From a virus (Duplodnaviria; Caudoviricetes): 54,781 nucleotides of DNA. The stretch lies in the IMG/VR virus record IMGVR_UViG_3300030098_001280, positions 1 to 54,781 of that record; one strand, 5' to 3'. A program made the translations under genes and the position numbers. Positions 28,321 to 38,114 of this stretch are shown one piece after another. Below the pieces are notes generated by a model that did not search any database, had not been told where the DNA came from, and saw only the letters and a list, made by a program, of their open reading frames with translations. Each line of letters opens with the position of its first letter. Positions within the stretch are counted from its first letter, which is position 1.

Positions 28321-31300
28321 TTGGAATACCTGGATTTATACCATCTAACCACCAGTTTGTATGAGGGTTTGATCTCCAATAATCAACAGTTTCTTTAAAT
28401 CCCTCTGCCATATTACGTGCATCCATTCCATCTTCAAACGGAATATATCCTACATTTACACCTTTATCTTTAGCATGTTGCATTGCTTCTTCGGTGTTCA
28501 ATAATTTTCTCTCTCCATTTATAACTACTACATGAGGGAATACTATCCAGCCAAGGTCAGGGTCTTGTTCTGCTCCTAGCAAAACTGTACTTTTAGATCC
28601 TTTGTTGAAACTTGTTCCAGATGGAGTTATATATTCTTCAGTGTGTACGTATTCAGGAATACTTGGGTCATAAGCATCTACTAAAAATTCTGGGAGATCA
28701 TACATCCCTGGCTCTCTGTAATATCCTAAATAAGGTAAACCATGATCGTTTTCCCAAAGATTGTTGCCATCTAAAGCATTAGCTATGTATCGGCTATTTG
28801 CACTAGACATAGTAAACAGACCCATACCAATTGCTGCTCTTGCTTGCCAAGGAAGTTTTGAATTTTTCATTCCTTCATAAGCAAGTTTTGCTTTTCTTGT
28901 AACATTTGTTATAGTTTTATATTTGATACCTGTTTTACTAAGCGCCCAATTAATCGCACGTTTTCCCGCATCTTTTACAGCACCTACACCTCTATACATT
29001 CCAGGAGCTGCTACACCAGCAGCACCAGCAAATAATGTTTCTTCTGTTGTTTGCCATGGATCAGGAATGATATCAGCTAAACCGTGTTTAAGTTGTAGAT
29101 ATTCACTAGAAGCCCAATACGCCCAGCTATCTATGTCTATTTGTTCTTGGTTTATTGGAGTTCCGTCATGTTTTAAAAATTCTTTATCTACTAACATTTT
29201 TCTAAATTCAGAGTTACCAGTTACTAGATTTCTTTTTGCTGGAACATAATATTTAGCTAAATCTAATATAGCTTTTGATCCGTCTGGATTTTGTATGTAA
29301 TCAATACTTCCGTTATCATTAACTTTCCCAACATAAAATTGTGGAAATTCTTGTGCTGCGCCAGTAGGTACTAATTTTATTCTACCCATGGTTCTAAATT
29401 CTTCATCAACAAATTGTTGTACAGTTAATCTCCCTTGTCTAAATGTGCTAAAAAATCCTGGTTTATCAGCTGTCCAAAATTTATCATAATGACCTATTTT
29501 AATTCTAGGATCTTTGGAAATCATCATGTTTATAAGTGGAATAGCATAATCTAAATTCCATTCTTTATTAATTTCCCATCGTTTAGTTTCTCTATTAAAA
29601 CTTGGCAACATATATTTTTGTGCTGATCTATGTCGTGCAATATAACTCTCTCTATGTATGCTATCTCTTGCACGTCTATTGCTTGGATTGTGAATATAAC
29701 CGTCTTTAATTAAAGCATATTGTTGGTCTACTGTTGCTTCTTGTTTATAGATCCAATTTTTTAAATCAAAATTACTTAATAATGTTTCTGTCATAACATT
29801 ACTTTGTACTTTTTTTAGTATCAAATTATATCTTGATGCCATTCTCATTTCTGATGCTCCAGGACTCATAGTTTGATAAATACCAAAAACACCTTTTTTT
29901 AATGCCGCTGCATCTGTATAGCCTAACTTTGAAGCAATTTCATCATCATTTAAGTCTGTTCCTCTTGCTCTTCTATCACTAATGTCAGTATACATTCTGC
30001 CTAAATCTTCTATGCTTACTACTCCGCTTTCTATCATTTCTGTAAATACAGTCATGTCATGTCCTACTTCATCTCCAAAATGGACTACTAAAGCGTTTTC
30101 TGCTGTTCCTTTATGAGTGTAGTTTTTTAAAGCTGAGAAAAACCCATTGTCATAAAATTGTCTTATTTGAGCTGGGTCAAAATTAACAAAATTATTTTTT
30201 ATAAGTGATTGCATTTTAGGGTCCATCTTTTGCATATAAGTAGCTAACCATATTTGATATTGTGGGTCTGTTGCGGCATTACCTACACCAAGATTTTTTC
30301 CTGTTGTTTGATTGTATTTATCAATATATCGTTTGTTAGCAAGGACATTCATTTTGCCTAATTCTTGTTTTGTATAATCTCTATCTTGAAATCCAGCATC
30401 TCTAGTTGCAATGGAAGCATTGGTTAAATTAATTCCCTCAATAAGATCATCTTGACCAGTAAGTAATGATTTTAAATACGCTGAACGCCTATTAAAATGA
30501 GCAAGCATTTTAGTTCTCATTTCTGGATTTTGTAATGTATCGTGTACTTGTTGTTTAGTTAAAGTTGTTCCTGATTTATTAACCATGTCGTAAACATTAT
30601 ATGAATCTACGCCTGGAATAGGATTAAGTAAATTTATTATTGCCTGTGTATTTTTTAAATCCATAGAAACAATGGTTGGATCTTTGTAATCTTTTGTAGT
30701 TAAAGTATTTGTTAATTTAAAAAATGATACTATACCAGCTACATCTTTCATTCTTTGAGCATGATTAGTACTAGTTGCTTCTTTTATATTTTTTAATTCT
30801 ATTCCGTTTTTATAATGCTCATTCAATTCATCTATAAGTTTTGTTGCATCTCCTCCTGATTCTGCTGTATTCCATATTTTTTCAGTAAGATTGCTATGTC
30901 CATTGTCCCAAAGCTCGTTATCTCTTCTATTTTTTTCAGCTAAAAAAATGTTTTGTACTCTAGCTCCTCGAGTAATTATATGTTTTTCAGCATCTGCTCT
31001 TAATAAATTACTAACAGTATTTGGTAATTGTTCGTATATAGCTTCATGTTTTTGTAGAGTTTTAGCTGAAAACATCTCCATAGTTTCAAACATATCTTCT
31101 GATTCATTAGCCTGAGTTTCGGTTATTTGAGTTAAATCGTTGTCTAATTGATTAATCCAATTGCTAGCTAAGATTTTTTTATAAGCCAACATTCCACTCT
31201 CCCCTACTATCTTGCCCTCTGGCTGGATAACATGAGTCATTTCTACAGTTTCTGTTTGACCATTTATTTCAACATCTACTGGCTTTTTATCATAACTAAT

Positions 31301-31504
31301 CTGACTTGCTAACTCAGTAGCATTTTCTACGTTTCTTAATTTTAATTCATCCGTAATCATGGTGGTTAAATCAGTACCTAATGCTGACCAATTTTCTGCT
31401 ATTTGTCGTTCAGATTGTGCAGCTTTTGAAATACCAGAATGTGCAGATACACTTATTTGAGATGTATAATCTACTGCTGGCTGATATGTTTTAATTTTTG
31501 CCAT
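28313..31504 (-). CDS. internal virion protein (gp15-like position)
   Basis: 1063 aa, mostly helical; synteny. Confidence 0.65.
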   Translation of the reverse strand: MAKIKTYQPAVDYTSQISVSAHSGISKAAQSERQIAENWSALGTDLTTMITDELKLRNVENATELASQISYDKKPVDVEINGQTETVEMTHVIQPEGKIVGESGMLAYKKILASNWINQLDNDLTQITETQANESEDMFETMEMFSAKTLQKHEAIYEQLPNTVSNLLRADAEKHIITRGARVQNIFLAEKNRRDNELWDNGHSNLTEKIWNTAESGGDATKLIDELNEHYKNGIELKNIKEATSTNHAQRMKDVAGIVSFFKLTNTLTTKDYKDPTIVSMDLKNTQAIINLLNPIPGVDSYNVYDMVNKSGTTLTKQQVHDTLQNPEMRTKMLAHFNRRSAYLKSLLTGQDDLIEGINLTNASIATRDAGFQDRDYTKQELGKMNVLANKRYIDKYNQTTGKNLGVGNAATDPQYQIWLATYMQKMDPKMQSLIKNNFVNFDPAQIRQFYDNGFFSALKNYTHKGTAENALVVHFGDEVGHDMTVFTEMIESGVVSIEDLGRMYTDISDRRARGTDLNDDEIASKLGYTDAAALKKGVFGIYQTMSPGASEMRMASRYNLILKKVQSNVMTETLLSNFDLKNWIYKQEATVDQQYALIKDGYIHNPSNRRARDSIHRESYIARHRSAQKYMLPSFNRETKRWEINKEWNLDYAIPLINMMISKDPRIKIGHYDKFWTADKPGFFSTFRQGRLTVQQFVDEEFRTMGRIKLVPTGAAQEFPQFYVGKVNDNGSIDYIQNPDGSKAILDLAKYYVPAKRNLVTGNSEFRKMLVDKEFLKHDGTPINQEQIDIDSWAYWASSEYLQLKHGLADIIPDPWQTTEETLFAGAAGVAAPGMYRGVGAVKDAGKRAINWALSKTGIKYKTITNVTRKAKLAYEGMKNSKLPWQARAAIGMGLFTMSSANSRYIANALDGNNLWENDHGLPYLGYYREPGMYDLPEFLVDAYDPSIPEYVHTEEYITPSGTSFNKGSKSTVLLGAEQDPDLGWIVFPHVVVINGERKLLNTEEAMQHAKDKGVNVGYIPFEDGMDARNMAEGFKETVDYWRSNPHTNWWLDGINPGIPNE

Positions 31505-32256
31505 TATTTATTCCTCTTAAATAAGTTATCAATTCCTACATCAGCTGTAGAAAATACTTTACTTTCACCAAATACACTTGCAGTTTCTCTAAAGCCTTTA
31601 AGTAATCCTTTAGTAAGTGTAGATTTTTTCGTAGAATCTACTGCTTTTCTTCCAATTACTTTATCTTGTGCTTCCCATATATTGTTCAACACAGCATTTA
31701 AACCTTGCGCTCTTAGTCTAGCTTGATCTTCTTTATATGCTCTTGTAGAAGCTGCCGCTAAAGCCTCATAAGATGCTGAGCTTATTTCCATGCCACTCGC
31801 TCCCATTGCAGTATTCATACTGCTTAATGATGATATATATGCCCTGGTCCTGTCGTTTTGTTTTTTCTGATAAGCTAGTCTTTCATCTTCTGCTTTGTCT
31901 CTAAGTCTTTTTTCCTGTAATTCAAATCGTTGCTTTTCATATTCAGCAGCCCTTAAACTAGCTGATGTTTCATTGACATTAGAAAATATACTTAAACCCA
32001 TTCCTATAGTTCCAAGGTTATCGTTTAATATACCTCCTATTTTCCCTATATTTCTTACTGCTCCCATTGCATTGCCAGCACTAAAAAATCCGCCAGCTGA
32101 ACCAGCCCCCCATGCCGAACTAGCATTAAATAAAGAAGCAGTATTAATCATACCTACTCCCATAGATGAAACCCATCCTGTTGAAGAACCAGCTAACCAT
32201 CCTCCAGCTGAACTCATTCCGGTTGATATTGCTGTCATAGTTACTGGATCACACAT
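31504..32256 (-). CDS. internal virion protein (gp14-like)
   Basis: MCDP start, Gly/Ala-rich hydrophobic N-terminus, coiled coil, GASG. Confidence 0.7.
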   Translation of the reverse strand: MCDPVTMTAISTGMSSAGGWLAGSSTGWVSSMGVGMINTASLFNASSAWGAGSAGGFFSAGNAMGAVRNIGKIGGILNDNLGTIGMGLSIFSNVNETSASLRAAEYEKQRFELQEKRLRDKAEDERLAYQKKQNDRTRAYISSLSSMNTAMGASGMEISSASYEALAAASTRAYKEDQARLRAQGLNAVLNNIWEAQDKVIGRKAVDSTKKSTLTKGLLKGFRETASVFGESKVFSTADVGIDNLFKRNK

Positions 32257-34742
32257 TAGTAATAAATCTCCTCAGTTATCGTTAATACTCTCATAGGCAA
32301 AGGTGCAGATTGAGTTATAGATATAAATGGTTTTGTGCTATATCCTAAAAAATGCACTTCCTTTTGTCCTGTGAATGCTGTTAAACCTGTTGATGTATCA
32401 AGATCAGATACACTATTTACATAAACATCTTTAGTGTTTACTTTCAAATTGTATGTATTTTCTAATTCAAATATTGCTTTAGCAATTTTACGAGGAGCGC
32501 CAGTTAGCGTTGCTACAGATCCTGAAGACTTAACTTGTACGTCTGTAGGCATAGTATCAGCTTGTACTGTATAATTTAGCCCTATATCTATTGCAGTTGC
32601 GACACTATCCAATACGACAACACCACCGCTAGTAACAGTTCCATCTCCATAATAATTAATGTCTGTTGCTCCCTCTGTAGATCCAGATGTTCCATATACT
32701 GTTAATCCTCGCATATCAGGAGCAGAATTCAAGCCAGACCAAGTTTTTGAAAAAGTAAACCTAAGCTCAACATTGTCAGATGTACTAACAGCAGCGTTAA
32801 GCGTAATGCTATATTCTCCAGATGTCGAAGTAGTAGCAACAGCATTTATAGTGTATTCTGTGCCTGTACCGGCAAACTTGAATTTCTCTCCTACTTGAGG
32901 AGCATTGGTAAATCCATCAGCAATTAAGCCAGTCGAACTACTAGTCGTTCCTTTTGTGAGGGGGGAACCGTGGGGTTGGTAGCTCGCTGACAAGGTCTTT
33001 GTGACCGTCATATCCGTTGGTATATCAAAAGATGTGCTTGCTAATTGTTCCAGATAATAAACTGTAGCTGAGTTAATAGTTCTTTTTACAGAAACATAGA
33101 TGTTATTAGTGGTACAAGTAACGGATTCAAATGTTCCATCTGTTGACCAAAGCATCCAGCCAAATATTTTTTGCGCCCTTTGTGCTGAAAATACAGCTAA
33201 AGTTCCATCTCCGCTATTAACCACAAAATAAAATTGTTCTGTTCTATCTGGAAGAGAGTCAATGCTTGCAGTATCAGTAGGTGTGGAAAATAAATGAGGA
33301 GCTAAAACATTAATCAATGCTGATTGATAAGCTTCTCCAGATGGGTCATATAGGTATTCTCTTATATTAATTCCATTATTTTGTATAAAATTCGTAGTTC
33401 CATTATACGATCTAGGCATTCCTTTTTGTTGAACACCGTAATTGGATTGTTTTTTTATCTGAATATCTGATGGTGTAATCGCTTTTCCTATAGGTGGTTT
33501 TAAATAAAACTCTCCTCTACTAGTTAATATTTCTATATTTTGATTAGAAATAAGATGTCTTATTTCATTGATTTGATTAGAAGCTATTTGGATCTGTACA
33601 GAATCTGCATCTTCTCCATCTCCTACATCAAAATTAAAGAATTGGCTAACTTTACTTGCCTGAATACCATCTGGAAGATTGGTAACTCCTCCAAAAAATA
33701 ACCTTTGTTCATGGAAACAAACAGCTTTTGGATAACCATTTACAGGACTCATTACTTGTTCATCCCAATCTCTAGTAGCTGGATGTCCAGATATAGTAAC
33801 TCTCACACCTCCTCCGTCTACAGATTCAGTAGCTGTATCGCCTGAAGCGGCAGTAAATTGGTAATGATTGTCGTCTACTACGGTAATAGTTTTAGCTCCA
33901 TTTAGGTTTGAGAAAGCTAACCCATTTCCATCTGTATCAAATATATCCTCTGTTCCAGCTATAGTTACAGAAGCCCCTGTAGAAAATCCATGACCTACAT
34001 GGGTAACTACTACAACACCTGAGCCAGCTGATGTAGCAAATGGGTCTTCATCTAATTCCATAATTGGTACTTCTTTAAGTGTTGCTGTAACGGTTGTGGC
34101 GTTAGTATATGCTGTAATATCAAGCTCAGCTCCCATATATCGTATGGTTGTGCCTACATATGCTGAAGTAAAATAATCAGCTGAAGAAGTACAAGTAACA
34201 TTAGTATCTCCTTTAGTAATAGAGTTAATATCTAATGTAATTGTATCAGCGGCAAATTTAAAATAAGGTTGATAAGTTTTTTCTGCATTTACGCTACTAT
34301 CAAAGCTTAATGCTGCCGATGTAAAAGTCGTAGCTCCTGTTCTGGTAATAACTCTTGGCATGAAATCTTCATGTGCCACAATCATTACATCTTTTTTTTG
34401 TGCTACATTTAATTCAAATAAATCTGCTGTATCCCAAGGCTGTGAAGTTAAAGTCTGAAGCAATACTCCAGCAGTAGAATATATCTTTAGAACAGTATTT
34501 TGAAAGGCAAAGATATACTCTTGATCTCCTGAAAATATAAAAGATTCTAATCTACTCTCTGCTCCTAAATCTGCTCTAAAATAAGTTCCAGGTCTTCTTT
34601 CTACTGGTCCTTGGTTTCTGCAAATAATGTTCCGAGCTTTCTGTAATCCATCCCCATAAGCAGCTTGATCGTTACGTGCTATTAGTTTGGGGTCTAATTC
34701 GCCTGAATGAAATGATGATAAATGTCGTCTGGTACTACCCAT
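32256..34742 (-). CDS. tail tubular protein B / nozzle (gp12-like)
   Basis: SFHSGELDP, RRPGT, GYP....FHEQRL.FGG, PLPM.V. Confidence 0.85.
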   Translation of the reverse strand: MGSTRRHLSSFHSGELDPKLIARNDQAAYGDGLQKARNIICRNQGPVERRPGTYFRADLGAESRLESFIFSGDQEYIFAFQNTVLKIYSTAGVLLQTLTSQPWDTADLFELNVAQKKDVMIVAHEDFMPRVITRTGATTFTSAALSFDSSVNAEKTYQPYFKFAADTITLDINSITKGDTNVTCTSSADYFTSAYVGTTIRYMGAELDITAYTNATTVTATLKEVPIMELDEDPFATSAGSGVVVVTHVGHGFSTGASVTIAGTEDIFDTDGNGLAFSNLNGAKTITVVDDNHYQFTAASGDTATESVDGGGVRVTISGHPATRDWDEQVMSPVNGYPKAVCFHEQRLFFGGVTNLPDGIQASKVSQFFNFDVGDGEDADSVQIQIASNQINEIRHLISNQNIEILTSRGEFYLKPPIGKAITPSDIQIKKQSNYGVQQKGMPRSYNGTTNFIQNNGINIREYLYDPSGEAYQSALINVLAPHLFSTPTDTASIDSLPDRTEQFYFVVNSGDGTLAVFSAQRAQKIFGWMLWSTDGTFESVTCTTNNIYVSVKRTINSATVYYLEQLASTSFDIPTDMTVTKTLSASYQPHGSPLTKGTTSSSTGLIADGFTNAPQVGEKFKFAGTGTEYTINAVATTSTSGEYSITLNAAVSTSDNVELRFTFSKTWSGLNSAPDMRGLTVYGTSGSTEGATDINYYGDGTVTSGGVVVLDSVATAIDIGLNYTVQADTMPTDVQVKSSGSVATLTGAPRKIAKAIFELENTYNLKVNTKDVYVNSVSDLDTSTGLTAFTGQKEVHFLGYSTKPFISITQSAPLPMRVLTITEEIYY

Positions 34743-35354
34743 CTATGAGCTAACAGTGGCTTTAATTGTTCCTAAAGACCCTGTATTCCTCCTATTTCTA
34801 AATCTGGTTAAGTCTACTTTTCTAGTTGTTTGTGCTTGTGAATCTTGAGCTTTTGCATAAGCAAGTTGTGCGATTGCTCTATTTTGATACAGCACAGATA
34901 AATTATCATTTCTAGCAATTGCTCCAGCAAATAAGGAAGCAAGTTCAAAGACTAAAGCCTGTTTAAAATAAGGGGGAAAGTTAGCTTCTGATGGTTGAAA
35001 GGTGTAATCAGCTACTACTGTATCAGTAGAAGAAGCATCACACAGTATATCTTGTTCATATCTGTCATATTCAATGACATTGTCGTTTACGGTTACAGTA
35101 TGGATCAACATTGTGCCAGTAGGTACAGCATATTTTGCAGACCATCTAGCTGTTGGTGCCGAGGCATTTCTAGACAATTGTGATTGTTTTGTAGCAAATC
35201 TCCAACGACATCTTGTCAATAGATTTTCTAAGGTAGATTCGTATAATTGACCAGCTACTAAGGATTCTGTTGTATTAGAAGTGAAGTCAGAGATAGTGTT
35301 AGCTCCTACTAGAACCAATGCTTTGCTACATATATCGTACTTACTATCACTCAT
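34743..35354 (-). CDS. tail tubular protein A / adaptor (gp11-like)
   Basis: ICS.AL..VGA..I, W.FA, P.YF..AL..ELA. Confidence 0.85.
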   Translation of the reverse strand: MSDSKYDICSKALVLVGANTISDFTSNTTESLVAGQLYESTLENLLTRCRWRFATKQSQLSRNASAPTARWSAKYAVPTGTMLIHTVTVNDNVIEYDRYEQDILCDASSTDTVVADYTFQPSEANFPPYFKQALVFELASLFAGAIARNDNLSVLYQNRAIAQLAYAKAQDSQAQTTRKVDLTRFRNRRNTGSLGTIKATVSS

Positions 35355-35402
35355 AATTTAAGTGAGGGAGAGGATAAACAAGGAAACTCTCCCTCTGAAA
35401 CA

Positions 35403-35651
35403 TTATGTTCCGTTAGTGCAAGTTACAGTTGCAGCTCCTGTTGCAGATGAAACAATCAATACATCTACAGTTGCAGTACCACCAGTGGCACCTACAGCTA
35501 AGATAATATCAAATTGTTTAAGGTCATCTGTCGAGTTATTAAAATAACCAGAACCAGCAATTGTACTTACAGCGTCAGTACTGTGATAAACGAATAAGTT
35601 TTGATCACCAGCACCAGCTATCTTTTTCAAGTTAGTTGCATCTAAAGCCAT
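35403..35651 (-). CDS. small virion protein (capsid decoration-like)
   Basis: GGAGG RBS directly after MCP; Y.STD....I..SGYFN. Confidence 0.6.
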   Translation of the reverse strand: MALDATNLKKIAGAGDQNLFVYHSTDAVSTIAGSGYFNNSTDDLKQFDIILAVGATGGTATVDVLIVSSATGAATVTCTNGT

Positions 35652-35661
35652 GATATCCTCC

Positions 35662-36486
35662 TTATTCTGCGATTATACATTGTATCATACCGTTTCCGTC
35701 TATTTCGACAGCTCCAGCACTAAAGTACGATGTAATCAAGTTACTGACCTTTTCAGGTACATAGTTCATTTCTGTCCTAACATCTGAACCAGTTGCCAAG
35801 CCAATAGCACTACTGTGCCAAGCGTGACAATCACGGTTGCTAGATGCAACAGTTAATCCCGAATGTGTGAACCACAAGAATCCTAACCAACGCTTAGCGG
35901 TCATGCCACCAGCATAAGGTAGGTCTGCTTCTCCCACATACTCTGCTCTACTGAATTGATCTATTTGTAATAGGTCAGCCCAGCCAGCAGGCGAAACAAC
36001 AAAATATCTTTGTCCGTCATCTGGAACATCTGCTCCACCGAATGTTTCGTACACAGTTAAAGCTTTAGCTAGTGTTAAACCAGCAGAGCCGTGTGCGATA
36101 TTCGCTGAGTTAGATCCAGCGTCCATGACATCAATAATTAATTGGTCCATTTTACGTCCTAGAGCAGCCGCAGCAGATTGCGCCAACACCTGTCTCTCGT
36201 CTATGTTAGTTTTGAGTTCATCTAAACTATCGACATAGTCGGCAGCATAGTAATCGCTCAATGTAACATCAACAGTAGAGTGTGTGACTTCCATAGTATT
36301 GACTTGACCGTGTCTAGATTTAGTAGACGCTGATCCTTTGCCAACCTTTTGGAATCGTGCTTGGTTACCTACGACATTATTAGTTTGTCTAACGGTATTC
36401 TTCAGTTTGGAACCCATCCTCTGGTAAGCCATGTGGACTTCTGCTTCAAACTGCTTAATAAACGCATTAGAAATTTGCGTAGCCAT
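35662..36486 (-). CDS. major capsid protein
   Basis: I.NAFIKQFEAEVH.AYQ.MGSKL, AALGRK.D..II, WLGF; GGAGG RBS. Confidence 0.9.
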   Translation of the reverse strand: MATQISNAFIKQFEAEVHMAYQRMGSKLKNTVRQTNNVVGNQARFQKVGKGSASTKSRHGQVNTMEVTHSTVDVTLSDYYAADYVDSLDELKTNIDERQVLAQSAAAALGRKMDQLIIDVMDAGSNSANIAHGSAGLTLAKALTVYETFGGADVPDDGQRYFVVSPAGWADLLQIDQFSRAEYVGEADLPYAGGMTAKRWLGFLWFTHSGLTVASSNRDCHAWHSSAIGLATGSDVRTEMNYVPEKVSNLITSYFSAGAVEIDGNGMIQCIIAE

Positions 36487-36531
36487 ATTAAGCCTCCAAA
36501 TTGTTAATATTAAACTAACAGTTGTCCTTTT

Positions 36532-37059
36532 CTAGCTTATCTCGGTTGTCCATATAGGACCGATATCCCCTAAAATGGGCTGTATATCTTTAGATACCCT
36601 ATGTATCTTCTTATAAAAATACAAAACTTTAGTTGATTTGACAAGTATTTCTTCCTTTTTAAAGTTAAATCCTAGCCATTTTAACCATTTTATGTTCCTT
36701 TTATGCTCAATTGAGATGTAATTGTGTACAAAATTATAATCAGCAAGGAAATAATCTGCCCATTTTTTTGTTCGTTTTGTGAAATAAAACCAATTTTTAT
36801 CTAAATCTTTTGAAGATAACATCCATACTGTACCTTTTTTTGGATCATGAGCTGTTGATATAACGCCAAACATAGCTACTACATTCCCGTCATCTAGTAC
36901 TGTATAGGTATTAACATTCTCTCTGGTATAGCGAAAGGGAGCAATGAGTGCTTCTAAAGGGGTGTTACCCATTGCTGCCACTTCAAATCTATCTAAAGGT
37001 CTTAATTTAAAAGCTAAATCAAAAGCATGGTTTGGTATAGATTTTTCTACATATAACAC
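36532..37059 (-). CDS. GNAT-fold virion protein (T7 gp13-like)
   Basis: LR..D..EV, AMFGV, VWML, NYI......IKWLKWLGF. Confidence 0.7.
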   Translation of the reverse strand: MLYVEKSIPNHAFDLAFKLRPLDRFEVAAMGNTPLEALIAPFRYTRENVNTYTVLDDGNVVAMFGVISTAHDPKKGTVWMLSSKDLDKNWFYFTKRTKKWADYFLADYNFVHNYISIEHKRNIKWLKWLGFNFKKEEILVKSTKVLYFYKKIHRVSKDIQPILGDIGPIWTTEIS

Positions 37060-37826
37060 TAGACTTTGCCAGCATTATTTAACCTAGCCCAAGCATCATC
37101 TACTTTTTTAACATAGTCACGATCTCTAAATCTTGAGTCAAAATAACGTTTATCGTTCATCATTTGTTTCACATCAGCAACAGTTAATTCTCTCTCTGGC
37201 TGTGCTACTTGTTCTGATCTTGTCATTTGTGATTTGCCCATGTCCATGATTCTTTCTAATGCTGATATTCCAGTAGCACTAGTACCTAACGTATTTGCTA
37301 TTAGCTCAAATTCTTCTGGTGGAAATTGAGATTTAGCATAATTAGTTACAGCATTTATTCTGTCATTAGCATTTTCTCCTAATTTTTCCATTTCTCCATC
37401 TAAATTTGGTCCAGAATTCATGATGATATCAATCCATTTATTAATACCCTCTTCGTATTGATCTTGGGACAATCCAAATTCTTTACATTTTTCTTCCCAC
37501 CATTCAGTCATTGGGTTTTCTTTTACCATTTCTTCGGTAATTCCCTCTACTAATTTAGGTAATTCATATTTTTCAGGTACTAATTCATCAGCTTCCCCTT
37601 TCAGTTCAGCTAATACTGCCTCTTTCATTTCATCTTTTTTACCAGTAGCAAACTTTTCTAGATTGTTATAAGACTTAATCATGTCGTCTTGTCTTAACTC
37701 TCCAGTCTCTGCATTCCAAAATTTTTCTGGTATATGCTCTGGTCTTTCTGCAATTGTTTCACGTGAAACATCTTCAGTTTGTTGTGGTGCTTCTTCAGTA
37801 GAAGCTGGTGCTTGTTCTTCAGCCAT
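37059..37826 (-). CDS. capsid scaffolding protein
   Basis: RPE.IPEKFW, SY.NLEK, P..Y, MM.D.RY; acidic. Confidence 0.8.
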   Translation of the reverse strand: MAEEQAPASTEEAPQQTEDVSRETIAERPEHIPEKFWNAETGELRQDDMIKSYNNLEKFATGKKDEMKEAVLAELKGEADELVPEKYELPKLVEGITEEMVKENPMTEWWEEKCKEFGLSQDQYEEGINKWIDIIMNSGPNLDGEMEKLGENANDRINAVTNYAKSQFPPEEFELIANTLGTSATGISALERIMDMGKSQMTRSEQVAQPERELTVADVKQMMNDKRYFDSRFRDRDYVKKVDDAWARLNNAGKV

Positions 37827-38106
37827 CTTGTTTCTCCTTTACTGTGTTTTGTGATAGACCTTTGTTTACTCTTCTTTGGATCAAACCCACCAAATAACGT
37901 TGTCCCTCTAAATGCCTTAGCTGTGAATCAGATATCTCTGGTCCAGCTACTGCTTCGAGAGTCAATGCTTTAAGGTGTTTTAAGACTTCAGCCCCTCCTG
38001 GGGTATTGAACAAAGCGTAAAACAAAGTATTTAAGTTCTCCTCAGCTTTTGGTTCTCGTTTAACTCCATCTAAACCAATTAGCATATTGGGCTTTTTCTC
38101 TGTCAT
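37819..38106 (-). CDS. conserved head-assembly protein (Bbp19-like)
   Basis: F.TP.G..VL..L....LRHLEGQR..V..I. Confidence 0.7.
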   Translation of the reverse strand: MTEKKPNMLIGLDGVKREPKAEENLNTLFYALFNTPGGAEVLKHLKALTLEAVAGPEISDSQLRHLEGQRYLVGLIQRRVNKGLSQNTVKEKQDG

Positions 38107-38114
38107 AGTTACTC

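Noticed and set aside
35366-35395. Terminator after the capsid/decoration genes
   Set aside because: AGGGAGAG/CTCTCCCT stem is present but there is no U-tract on the coding strand; at most a weak or stabilising hairpin
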